DNA of 64,000 nt from Anthoceros angustus (taxonomy: Eukaryota > Plantae > Anthocerotophyta): assembly GCA_010909165.1 (NCBI GenBank), contig MU008164.1, positions 1,674,001 through 1,738,000 of the forward strand. The letters are read 5' to 3'. The position numbers were made by a program, and so were the translations under genes. The notes below the pieces were generated by a model that was not told the DNA's origin, searched no databases, and worked only from the letters and a program-made list of their open reading frames with translations. This document shows, in pieces, positions 37,001-49,600 of the stretch. Positions within the stretch are counted from its first letter, which is position 1. Each line of letters begins with the position of its first letter.

Positions 37001-40000
37001 CGAAATTCCGGGGCTTGGGATCGGAGATGGACCACCCCTATGGAACTTGGGAAGCACAAGCATTTTGGTCGAGTGTTATACTTGTAATGGGTGGGGTCAT
37101 CGTGCGAGATTGTCCGCAATGATTAGCTCGAGGCCAAGGTGGTTTGGGGACGGGACGATCGCAAGCCGCTGGAGCACGAGTTCTCCCCGCCGCTCAACGA
37201 GGCAAAGGGTTGAAGGTGAACGAGCCCACCCATCACCTTAGGGGAACGTGGCCGGGCTAGGGCAGCCTCGGTGATACTCCTGGTGAGTACCCACCGCCAC
37301 GAACACGAGAGTTTGTTCACTTTGCGGGGGAGTAAGCGATCGCATTGTCGCATTTTGCTTGACCGTGGCGCTAACACCAATTTTATGGCTGTGACCTTTG
37401 CCCATCGGTGGGGATTGATACGGTCAAGGTTGTGGAGCGGGCACCGGCAGACGCGTGTAACATCAAGGCGACATTGAGTCGTGTGGTTAATTTACTGCTA
37501 GGAGCTCATTGTGAGCGGGTTTGTTTTACCATTACGGACTTAGGGAATGGTCATGACCTCATTTTAGGGATGCCGTGGCTCGAGAATCGGAGCCCATAAC
37601 TTGGTGTGGGAAGGAGCTCACCGTAGTCCGTGGTCGACGCTCAACCGGGTGGACGGCTAAGCCCGAGAGTCAGTCCAACAAGTCTCACTGCATGATGGTT
37701 CGTGATATGAGATGCCAAAATGTGCCTCCTTTTGTGTGTTATTAAGGAGCGACTTTGTCCAACTCGACATCGACCACAGCACGAGCATGATAAGCCCTTG
37801 CAGCGATATTGACCGAAGTTTAATGATGTTCGCAGATTGCCACGTGATTACCCCATCTCGTGATGTTGATCACCGTATTGAATTTTGCCAGTACTGTAAG
37901 CCCCCATATCGCCCCTGCACCGATGTCCCCACTAGAAAATGAGGAGTTGTCTCGCTAGGTTGAGGAGTTGCTAGAGAAGGGCCATACATCGTCTACTTCC
38001 TCACGAGCACCTATTCGCTCGAAAGAAAACGGTGAAGCCAGATAGAACGGACGCCGGAGGTCCGAGAACGGTCGAGGCCGTGCCGAGACCTTCTAGGCCG
38101 GCACCCGACGCCGCTCGCTGCCTCGGCATAAGGGAGCGGCTAGGGCCGAGACGCTGGCGCAACTCGGCGCGAGCGAGGTGATAGCAGATCATGCATTTAA
38201 ATTGTTGCCTTGTCCAACGGTTAGAAGTCTTTTTCTCTCTCTTTGGAGATTTCACTTCGCATTTTAGAGTTTTCACTTTCACGCATTTCACTTCCGCATT
38301 TTAGAGTTTTCACTTTCACGAGATTATGTTCGTCAGGTTTTACGTTTCATCTTTTCTAACTATCTTCTACTGGTGTTGAAGGGGTGTACACCGGCGATTT
38401 TGGATCTGCTCTGTCTTCAGAGTAATATTTCTTCCTCTGCTCATTATACGGTCCGGATAGAAAGTTTATCATTTCGAAAATCTCGTCTAAACGAGAATAT
38501 TTCTGCAGGCAATGGTAAGTGTAAGACATCGTACATATCAAATCTAACAGAATATAATATACTAACCTCAAACAGTGCAAACAACTCCTTTTGATTCTTC
38601 GATAACTACAAACAATAAAAAGCGGTTAATATTTTACCTGCATTTCAAGTCGCAGTAGATCCTGTTCGATAAATACCTTTCTGACTAATGTTAAGCAATG
38701 GCTATGAAGATTTCCCACACTGCGGAAATGTGATTGAACGTTCTAGAAAGAGACACTAACGTTAGAATTTGCATATTTAGTGCTGTGTGTTCTGGAAAAT
38801 ACCAATATTAGTATTTTCCTTGTTTACATACAGAAAATGTTACAGTGAACCAACCTTTTGAATGTTTTTCGTAGTTTCTGGATCTTCCATGAGAATCAAC
38901 AAGTCTGTAGTTTTTAGCTCCTTATTTTCAATGGCTACTGATATTTCTACATTATCAAAACACAAAATATTCATTAATACTACATAAACTGATTCAAATA
39001 ATCTATTATAAACAACATAAACCAAAAACACTTACTTTTGGATCTCCATGTCTTTGCTCTAGTGTTGGTGTAGACCCATCTTCATTGCAGATTGGCTGCG
39101 ATGGATCTTTGAGACTATGTTCCCAAATGGGAACATATCTATTTTAAAATCTTGGAAGACTTGTGGATACCGAAGTTATCCATCCATTTTCCAAAGTCAA
39201 CAAATTCCTTTTGATGGTCCATACGTTGGTGCATTATCTTGACTCGTCTTTTTTCCTCTTTTTGTCCTTTGGAAAAATAGTAATTAGTAAGTCAAATACT
39301 AGTTACAAATATACTAAATTAATTACAAATATACAATAGCAATTACCTGATGAGAGATGGCCGTGTTGTTGATTTATCATCCATTGCTTCTATTTTCCTT
39401 AATTTCCTTAGTCAGCTACTTGTTCAAGAAAGACTGTAAACAAATACATTCTAATGTAAACAAATACATATAATACAAAATGTTTGTTGTTTACCTCCAA
39501 AATTGACTGAATTGAGATCGATGTCCATTGAACCTCCGGACCAGAGTCATTGTTTCCAACTCTAATTGAGCTGTTGTTCGGAGATTCTTCTTAATATCCT
39601 GTAACCATATACAACCATTGTAAGTTGCTGATACCTATATTTTCGTTCTATAGTTCTAGAGAAAGTTGCGGAACCAAGTCTTTACCTTTTTAATTTTTTC
39701 CAATTGGGCAGGCACCTGGCAAAGGAGCTGCAAGTCCTTTTTGTCCATTGATGTGAACATAGTGTGCTCCGTGAGTACTGTAACAAATATATCCAATTAG
39801 AGATGTTGACAGGAAATTCAATTCAGATAATTGCGATGTACTACCTTTCTCAACTATCTTTCGTATTTCAATGAGAGGGATTTCGAACTTCAGCCTGTCA
39901 TCATATCCTGGATCCCCATGGGTGGGAACATGATTGTTCGATCGCCAGCTGTTAAGGTTTGTTGGCTCTTTACTATTGTGGTCGCTCTGGAGAAACAATC

Positions 40001-42085
40001 ATTTTAGCCATGGATTTATCAACCTAAAAATGGATTTGGCGGCTGTAGGCAGAAATGATCATTACCTTCTTGGATGTCGACCATTTCATCGTTGCTCTCA
40101 TTCTCGGATGCCATTCTGAAATAAAAGCATCGGTCAGGTCAACGTACACAAACATTGCTCAAGCTTCAACTTTTGGAAACATCTACGGAGTGCCTGCAGC
40201 ATGCTCGATGCTGCTGCTAGAGCATGCTATGGGCCACTGCAAAAGCCACCGCATGTGGGACTTCGTACGGGAGGGACGCATGGTATCACCACGGGATGCT
40301 ATCACCATGTGGTGATATCCTGTGGTGATATCACCATAGGATAGCATGCTTTCACCACTGGCGTTGCGTTGCTCTTTGCGTGCGCGAGTTCTTTGTGCGT
40401 CTTTGCGGCTTGCGGTGTTCATGCCGCATACCTTCAGCTGCTGTGTTGGATCATGCGTTCATGCCCGTACCTTCAGATTTTGTACTGCATGCCGTGTGCA
40501 TTCCACATTGTCACTTCTATAGAGCGTTTAAAAACAAATTGATACTTACCAACCTTTCAGTATAACCGTTCAGATTTCCTACACAAGGAACGGAAAATGT
40601 TAAGCGTGAGCACTTGATGTGTTCTACTGTTGGTACGAGGCGGGCGTGAACGCCTTACTGGAAGATGCTTCTTGCTGCCTACACACGGAGTAAGAATTAG
40701 TTTTTGTCAGGAACTCTGATCACAATATTGATTAACATGTGACGTTGCTGTCTGACACGTTACTGACTCTAACTAAATTTAGAACCTGAGGACTGATATT
40801 AATCTGGAGCTTTTGATACTGGAAGCTTACCTTGAAGACAAATGAAAATGGAAATCGATGGGCGTAGGCGTATGCAAGCTCAACATTTAAAGCGCTGTTA
40901 AACGGCATGCGGCTTGTTGCGATTCTGTTGCGTAAGCGACCTACAGATATGTATTAGAAACGGGTAAGGTTTTAAGACAACTGTATGCTAAAGGAAAGGC
41001 TAAAGTCAGTCGCTTGCGACTGCAGCCGCTGAAGGTTGAGACTGCAGGCGTTAGCTGCAGTCCCAAGCATGCGTGCTTTGCCGCACGTCGTCACGGAGTC
41101 ACTCTTGCGCCACGTGAGTCAACAATTGCAAGTGCATGCTCCTGCAACTACCATGCCCGCGACTACAGTTGCAGAGGCTTGCTTCTGTAACTACTGCATG
41201 CCTGATACAAGCTTCTAAGAGCAGTTGAAGGAGGGACTTACGCTTGTGGAGGTTCTTGTGGTGGACCACAGACACCACTTGTTTGTAGCACGTGTATGCA
41301 GTGTCGTGACAGGTGCAAGGCAACGATTAAGCCGATGTCATAGCGTCAAGCAGATCAAAGACAAGACTATCGAAGACCTGCTAGGTTGCGGCTGATCAGC
41401 AGTAGCCCGACTTTGAAAAAGGAAAGAACCAAATGGTAATAAGGTCAGTTTGTCTACCTGTAGGCTTGTTAATGTTCCTGAGGACTTCTTGTAGCGCTGG
41501 ACCCTGAAGGGGCTTTTGCGTGGGCTCGAGACTTCTCTGACAAATCACTTGATAAGAAGGCAGTTCTCAATAGCAAACTCACGATGATTATAGCCTATGC
41601 ACTAGCAATGGCTGGAAGCAAGAGCCCACGAGACAGCTGGGTGTGGGCGAAAGGACTTCAACGAAAATATAGAGGAGAACCGACACGACGTTAGTGAGCT
41701 TGACGTCGTACCTACGAAGGACGCCAAAGCGAGACTTCTTGTTGTCTTATGGGCGGTGGCAGGAGCTAAGCGTAAGCTGGATGCCACCGGTGTGAGCTGC
41801 AAAAAGAGACGTGATCAGATGGTTTGCAGCAGAAGATCAGAGAGAGCAAATTGGTGTACCCACCTAGGGACTGGAACCAAGAGACTAGGCGACTGAAGAA
41901 AGAAGCCCATCGGGCTTGATGCGTGTGGTGGGCGTCGAGATGAAGGAAAGTGGAGCCGATTGCGTCGTCAGACCTTCCCGAGGACACCAAACTTGGAGCA
42001 AGAGGTCACTCGCGAAGCGATCGTAACCGGATGGCGCCGACCGCCACATCCTCCTGACGCACTGGCGGCGTGTTGGGCGTGAGCG

Positions 42086-42398
42086 AAACCCTATGTGTCT
42101 TTGTTTAAATCTTGGCCGAAAGTTCTAGATGGTTCGACGGTGGCGTGGCGTGTGGTTGACGGTAGGTTCGTTCGCCCATCGGGGTTCGGAGATTAGGTTT
42201 GGTGCGGTTAGGCTAGGTTTGGAATCAAGAACCTAGGTTTGGTTGAACATGGCGGCGGCGGCAGCGAATGGCGAACCTACGTAGGTTTGGAATCCGGCTC
42301 GGAATCTTAGGTTTGGTTAATTCAAATCAGCTTTGGTAGAGAGAGAATGGCGGCGCCGCCAGAGGGAGAAGGTTTAGGGTTTGCTGGCCTATATAAAT
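42086..42398. promoter_or_regulatory. Probable (bidirectional) promoter inside the insertion: telo-boxes at 42086 and 42371, five TAGGTTTGG motifs, TATA box CTATATAAAT at 42389-42398
   Basis: Motifs read directly; function inferred. Confidence 0.5.
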
Positions 42399-42466
42399 GG
42401 CTTCTCCAAAGCGGGAGGTCTTTTTCCCATTCTGTCTTTTCTTGGCCGAGGTGGTCCAGTGTCTGG

Positions 42467-43005
42467 TCCGAAAGCTTAGGCGTTTGTTCAGTCTAGTTTC
42501 GTAGGCCAAGGTCTTTCCTCCTCTGTTTCGAAGGCCAAGGCCCGGTGCCTATTTTTTCGTAGGCCAAGGCCAATGCCTTGTGCATGCTTCCAGGCTTTGC
42601 TCCGAAGGCTTACAAGCTGTCTTGTTCTAGTTTCGCAGGCCAAGGTGATTTCTAGCTTCGCTCCGAAGGCTAAGCTCTTTTTGTAGCCGTCTTTCGAAGG
42701 CCAAGGTGTTCTAGGCTTCTAGGCTAAGGCGTTTGTTCAAGTTTTTGGGCCAAGGTGTCTTTCAGGTCCTTTCGAAAGGCTAAGGCCTTTTCCCAGCCTT
42801 CGTTCGAAAGCCAAGGTCTCTGTAAAGATTGTTTCGAAGGCCAAGGTGTTGCTGGTCTGTACTGGTTCTTTTTCGAAGGCCAAGGGGTTTCCCTGGTCCG
42901 AAGGTCAAGGTGTCCTTGCCCTAAGGTTTAGGTTGTTGCTTAGTCCGAAGGCCAAGGTTGTTTGGCACCGAAGGCTGAGGTTTCTGTTCGCCTAAAGGTT
43001 AAGGC
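42467..43005 (+). repeat. Array of ~18-20 copies of a TTCGAAGGCCAAGGT-like motif at ~30-bp spacing with variable spacers
   Basis: Core C positions 42500, 42529, 42558, 42634, 42664, 42695, 42774, 42805, 42835, 42874, 42899, 42946, 42969. Confidence 0.85.
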
Positions 43006-44139
43006 CCTCTGCCTTATTTGAAGTCGCTGTCCATTTGCGCTTACGTTGTTTTGTGTTGCCCCGATGTCTATTGTTTCTATCTTTTGTTGTTTTGTGCGGT
43101 TTTGGTGTTGTGTTGTTGCTACGCCGGTAGTGTTCTGGCGCTCCGGTGTATGTTCTTTGCGGTTGTTTTGCCTAGTCTGTGTGGTTTTAGTGTTGTGTCT
43201 ACCGCTTGCTCACCGGTGGCTTTTTGTATCGCTGTTCTCGCTCCGCTCATTGATGTTGTTCTTTTCGCGTTTCTAAATTATAGGGAATGACTCTGCTAGG
43301 ATGTTATCCGGTTTGTGTTCGCCGATAGCTCTTTGTTGCTAGCTGATTTCGTTCTTTGTAGTTTCTCTTGTTGATCTTGTTTTCTTTGTTGGCCTTGTTG
43401 TCGATGGTGTCTGCCGTTTTGTAAGCGACCAGCGATGCTTGTCTTTCTGGAGATTTCCAGCTTCTGTTGTTGCATCTAGGCTAAGGTTTGTTCATGTCTG
43501 TTCCATGTGTGATACTTGTGTTCTTTTTTCACCTTCTCTAATCGGTCGTTTCTGTTTGTTTGTTGGAAGTGACCTCTTTATCTGTTCGCTTGTTGTCGTC
43601 TGGTTCCATGGCTTGGTATCAGTTTGCATCTCTGCTTGTTTTCTTGTCTCTGTCGCGTTATCTGATCTGACTTTATTTAGGTTTCATTTACTGTGTGTTC
43701 TTGTTTTTGTTGCTGTGACGTTTTGATATGTGTTTGTCGTTTGAAGCAGTTTAAGGTTCTGTATAAGTTTTGGTTCTAGCTGATTTCGTTCTTTGTACTT
43801 TCTGTGTTGATCTTGTTTCTTTGTTGCTAGTTGATTTCTCGTTCTTTGTCGTTTTTGAAATCGACCAGCAGATCGCTTTTAGAGTCGCTTCGTGGTTGCT
43901 TCTAGGCTAAGTTTTGTTTAGGTCTGTTCCATGTGCGATACTTTCACCTTCTGTGTTTTTTTTTCACCTTCTGTAAACGCTGCTATAACTTGTTTGTTTG
44001 TTTGTTGGAAGTGACCTCTTTATCTATTCGCTTAATGCCGTTTGGTTCCATGGCTTGGTGTCATTTTGCTTCGCTGCCTGTTTTCTTGTCTCTGTCGCGT
44101 TGTCTGATCTGACTTCGGTATTTAGGTTTCAGTTCTGTA

Positions 44140-44310
44140 TGTCTTTGTGTTGTTTTGTTTGTTTGTTTGTTTGTTTTTGTTTTTGTTTTGTTGTGGTTTT
44201 GTTTTGTGTTGTTTTGTTTGTTTGTTTGTTTTTGTTCTTGTTTGTTTTTGTTGTGGTTTTGTTTTTGTTGTGGTTTTGTTTTGTTTTGTTTTGTTTGTTT
44301 TTGTTCTTTG
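44140..44310. repeat. (GTTTT/GTTT)n low-complexity tract
   Basis: Direct reading. Confidence 0.85.
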
Positions 44311-46653
44311 CGTGCTTCTAAATCATAGGAATGACTGCTAGGATGTTGGTGTTCCTTGTCCACTCTAACTTTTTGTGGCTTGCGGATGGCACCTAAAAGG
44401 AAACCCAGGGCCTTGGACGGGAAAGAAGCAAGGGTCCCACAGCGAAGTCATGGCTAAGCCGTACACTAGGCAGCGTGTCAAGTCGGCCGTTCTCCACCTG
44501 CACTGCGGGATGATGGTAAAGTTGATGGTGTCTTGGTGCAGTGAAGGAACATATTTAGTTCCAAAAAGGCATTCCTAAACGCCAAGGCACTTCTCATCCA
44601 AGAAGGATGCTCGGCGTGCGGTGAGTTTGTGCGAAGAGGAGAAGGGTGGACACTCGACACTGTGGCATTGGTTGAAGGTCCTCTTGCGAGATTACTAACT
44701 ATGTCCCGATGTCGAGAGAGGGTCCGGTTTGTTCGATAGCTCTTTGTTGCTAGCTGATTTCTCGTTGCTGTAGCTTTCTCTTTGTTGATCTTGTTTGCTG
44801 ACGATGGATGGTGTCTGCCGTTTTGTAAGCGACCAGCGATGCTTATCTTTGAGATTTCACATTGTTGCATCTAGTTGAAGGTTGTGTATAAGTTTTGTTT
44901 GTTCCATGTGTGATACTTGTGTTCTTTTTCACCTTCTCTAATCGTCGTTCTTGTTTGTTTGTTGGAAGTGACCTCTTTATCTCGCTTGTTGTCGTTCCAT
45001 GGCTTGGTATCATTTGCATCTCTTGTTTTCTTGTCTCTGCGTTACTCGATGACTTTTATTTAGGTTTCATTCTGTGTGTTCTTGTTTTTGTTCTTTGTGA
45101 CGTTTGATATGTGTTTTGTCGTTTAAGCTTTAAGGTTGTATAAGTTTTGGTTCTAGCTGATTTCTCGTTCTTTGTACTTTCTCTTGTTGATCTTGTTTTC
45201 TTGTCTCTGTCGCTTGTTGTCGTTTGTTTGTTTGTTTTTTTTGAAATCGACCATGATCACTTAAATCTTAGAGTTGACCCTGGTTACTTCTAGGCTAAGT
45301 TTTGTTTAGGTCTGTATGCGATTCTTTCACCTTCTGTTTTCACCTTCATATGCTATAACTTGTTTGTTTGTTTTGTTTGTTGAAGTGACTTTTATCTATT
45401 CGCTTGATGCCGTTTGGTTCCATGGCTTGGTGTTTTGCTTGCTGCCTTTCTTGTCTCATGCGTTGTCATCGACCCGTATTTAGGTTTCAGTTCTGTATGT
45501 CTTTGTGTTGTTTTGTTGCTGTGACGTTTTAATATGTGTTTTGTCGTTCTAAGCAATTGAAGGTTGTGTATAAGTTTTTTCCTGGACAGGGTTCGCTTTC
45601 CTCGTGTGTTCTTACTCTCTCCTCGCTGTTTTTGATGCAGTCATGTTTTCGGTCTAAGTGGCGGACACATTTCGGGACCTTGTTTGGTACGTCACCGAAC
45701 GTCTTTTGTGTGAACTCGTTTTATCTTTACGATGCGCTTTTGAAAAATGCTGTCAGTTATATTCTTTTCGATCTTGCATTGTTTTCATAATGTTGAGCAA
45801 GTTCTTATTGTCTTATGTTCTTGTGTTTGACGAAGTAATTTCAATATTTTTGGTAAGGCGAGGGTTGGTAAGCAATTAGCAGCGTTTACATTTGTCTTGT
45901 TTACATTTATCACTGCATCACAACGACTTTCATGGTTACTATCGTTTGTTTGTTTTTAAGCACATAAGCGTGCTTTCTCGTTCTTATTGGTTTTCTTTTG
46001 GTGCAGACAAGCTTTGTGTTGGGCGGTTGAGAAATTTGTCCATGGTGTAACCCTTGATCTGGTATGTCAACTTTACGTTTAGACCTTATGATTCCTTTGT
46101 CATATGTTTGGTCATATGCCCTTGTCGTGTCAAGTTTGCTTTGGTACCACTTTTAAGTTATCTAATCCTTCAAATTGTGTGTGTAGGCATTGTTGTTCAT
46201 CGTGTGAAGGGTTGGCCTGCCAACGTTCTGACTCTGGTCTGTCTGTGAATCAGGATAACCTTTCCTTGCCTGATTAGTCACGATTGAATCTCCTAGTATC
46301 GTTATGCATGTTGTTTTGTACCTAACATTTTTTTTTTGCTGTTTTTTTTTATTATTGGCAAAAGGGTCTAATTACAGGAAGTATGTGGGTACTTTTGGGA
46401 AAGGAGTTATATGTTCTCACTAACATAAAGTGGAGGATCTCTAAATTTAACAATGTGTAGATTCAATGAATGTTCTGCCATATCCCCACACCTCCCTTCG
46501 TCTTGAATTGTTTTATAATCATCATTAGACCCTTGAGGAAGTTCTTATTTGGAAGTTCAACACCACGTAAGTGTGTTTTTGTTGGTTTTGTTTGTCAAGT
46601 TCTCTTTAGGATGTTGGTGTTCCTTGTCCACTCTAACTTTTTGTGGCTTGCGG

Positions 46654-49600
46654 ATGGCACCTAAAAGGAAACCCAGGGCCTTGGACGGGAAAGAAGCAAG
46701 GGTCCCACAGCGAAGTCATGGCTAAGCCGTACACTAGACAGCGTGTCAAGTCGGCCGTTCTCCACCTGCACTGCGGGATGATGGTAAAGTTGATGGTGTC
46801 TTGGTGCAGTGAAGGAACATATTTAGTTCCAAAAAGGCATTCCTAAACCGCCAAGGCACTTCTCATCCAAGAAGGATGCTCGGCGTGCGGTGAGTTTTGT
46901 GCGAAGAGGAGAAGGGTGGACACTCGACTGTGGCATTGGTTGAAGGTCCTCTTGCGAGATTACTAACTATGTCCCGATGTCGAGAGAGGGTCCGGTTTGT
47001 AGGAGAATGATTTCTTGATAAGCAGCGATCCCATGGTTGTGACCGCCAAAGCTCTAGAGTCTAGAAATTTGTGTGGTGTGGTTGAGCAGATGCTTCTGGT
47101 GGCGATTTCCATACTGTTTTGGTTCCGACCACAGGTCATCCACGATCAAGAAGTGCTTGATATGTTTGAGAGGCTAAAGTGTCTTTGGTCCGAAGATGAC
47201 TTTGCCATGGGTATGGAGGAAATTGATGATGAAGTAAATTTTAGGGGCGGGGTTTGATCCGTCGGTCCCGAGGCTGAATGATGCTTTGAGTGGTGGGAGG
47301 ATAGGTCAAAGGCAAAATAAGCGGTGTCGAAGTCGTCGGGGCCTTTATGAAAGTGAGTGGGGTGGGGATGGGAGCTGTTGAGGATATTCCTCACAAGGAT
47401 CTAAATCTTATTCGATATCCTTTTTCCATCAAGTTCGAATTTGAAGGACAACAGATTTTCTCGAAGCGTAAGTAGTGATGTTCTTACTTGTTGATTTTGA
47501 TAGTTCGACTTTCACATGGTGATTGATCTTCACTTGCGGTGATGTCTTTCTTCGTGGTTTTAACGAATTTTAACAAGGAAGTGCATCACAGACCAAAGCG
47601 GCTTGGTTACGATGTTCGATGATCAACATGTTTCATGGAATTTTCCATGGGTCCCAGGCAGCGCTGGTTGCGTCCATGAAAATCAGCAAGGACCTTGGGA
47701 TTGTGTCATGTCGAAAGGAGGTGAAGTTGATTTCTGATGATGATTAGCGACGGATTCTTTCGCACAGAGATCATCAATGCTCATTTGGGCGGGGGGCTCA
47801 AAAAAGGTATTATTGTTGGTTTTTTGGGGTGTACATTGATTGTTAATTTATGGTCTTAAACCTGGAGCCCTTATGCCTATATTGTTTGCAGGTGTGCGTA
47901 TTTTTGCATGACGAGGTTTGGAGTTCGAGGTGGTGAAGAGTTACATAACCTGCTCATTAGGGACTTCTCATTTTCATCAGATTCAGGCGGACCTTTCGTT
48001 CAGTATGTTTTGGTTGATTTGTTTTATTGTCACTCTTTGATGTTGTTTTGATGTTTTGATGTCTTTGTATTGAGCTCGTCTTCATTTGCGGTATGAAGCG
48101 GCTTTCAAAAATTACAAAGTGGACATGAAGAATTACAGTGAGCATTTAGTCAAAGGTCAAGATCTACGAAAAGGACGTGATTAAAACTTTTAAAGTATTG
48201 ATCACTCTCCCAAGTGGTGCATGCGACAAGAATCATCAATTCGAGGTTTCTCTTCAATTCAACCATTGATAACCCAAGATCAAATGTAAGTTTGTGGTTG
48301 ATTGGGCTTGAGTTTTGTGGTTTGAATTTTCTAACTGTATGTTTTTTGGCTAGGCTTGGTATGCAAAACTTCGTGTATCGAAAGGAATGCTCTCAAGGTT
48401 TATGAAGACTATGGCTGAAGCAGCTGGGCTTGTTGGCTATTACACCAATAAGAGCTGCCGTGTAACGATGATTACGTCGCGATGGCTCGGTGCCTTCGAT
48501 CTTTGGGAGAAGTGTGGGGCCATAAAGCGGATCTTTGGATTTTCAAGGTAATATGTGTGAAAGCTTGTGACATTTGAATCCTTTGTATGCTCCTTCCTGA
48601 CGTTCTGATGTTTTGCAGATATGACCATTCTGGTCAAGCAAAAGCGCAAAACAAGTTTTGTTCTGAGCGATCCTATCAGGAGCTTTTGAACGAAGAACTT
48701 AATCGGATGCAGGATGATTTAAGGGGTGTTCTTCCATCAACAGTTCTGAATGTGACTCCTGAAATAGTATTTTCGAGTCAGCCTGAAGATCAGCGCCCCT
48801 TGCAAGTGCAACATATTAACAATGTAAGTCTCTAAGATTTGTTGCAAGTATATAGATTTGTCAAAATCGTGTCGACTTGTTTTTTGTCTCTTCCTCCTGG
48901 CCACTCCTTATTCATCATGAAAGCGGACCCACGAACAATGTCGAATGCGAGTTTTTACACCATGTGGTCCACTTGTGTCTTGAGTTGGTATTGTCAAGTT
49001 CCTTTGTTGTAGCCATGTTGGATGATTTTTAATCATCTTGGTTTTTGTTATTCTTGGCGGTGGGAGGCTGGTGTTTTGGTTGCAAACATACCTCCAGCGG
49101 TGGCCAAGGCATCCGGATGGATAGCAAGAGCAGTGTTTAGTGAAATTCCATATGTTGACAAGGTTGAGTCTTTGGTTGTTTGTTTTATTGTTCTTTGTGT
49201 TTCTTGATGTTTTGATGTTTTGATGTCTTTGTATTGAGCTCGTCTTCATTTGCGGTATGAAGCGGCAAAAATTACAAAGTGGACATGAAGAATTACAGTG
49301 AGCATTTCAAAAGGTCAAGATCTACGAAAAGGACGTGATTAAAACTTTTAAAATTGTTATCACTCTCCCAAGTGGTCCGACAAGAATCAATCATTCGGGG
49401 TTTCTCTTCAATTCAACCATTGATAACCCAAGATCAAATGTAAGTTTTTGTTATTGGGCTTGAGTTTTGTGGTTTTGTATTTACTAAGCTTGTTTTTGGC
49501 TAGGCTTGGTATGCAAAACTTCGTGTTTCAAAAGGAATGTTGTCAAGGTTTATGAAGACCATGGTGAAGCTGGGCTTGTTGGCTATTACACCAATAAGAG

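Larger units (their letters stand above)
31372..39560. repeat. Tandem duplication, units 31372-35562 and 35563-39551, bounded by GTTTCCAAC
   Basis: Second unit repeats the PPR/ELP2 flank, LTR, gag, protease, RT start and AT-rich block, with many small indels. Confidence 0.9.

Noticed and set aside
39880-39925. HGDPGYDDRLKF resembling a piggyBac transposase motif
   Set aside because: Single short motif; no TTAA target, no TIRs and no DDD core seen.
40284-40336. Similarity of TATCACC to phage lambda operator half-sites
   Set aside because: A 7-bp match is expected by chance and there is no phage context; kept only as an unexplained motif cluster.
43018-46248. Many short Phe/Val/Leu/Cys-rich ORFs that look like membrane peptides
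   Set aside because: By-products of T/G-rich, intron-like low-complexity sequence.
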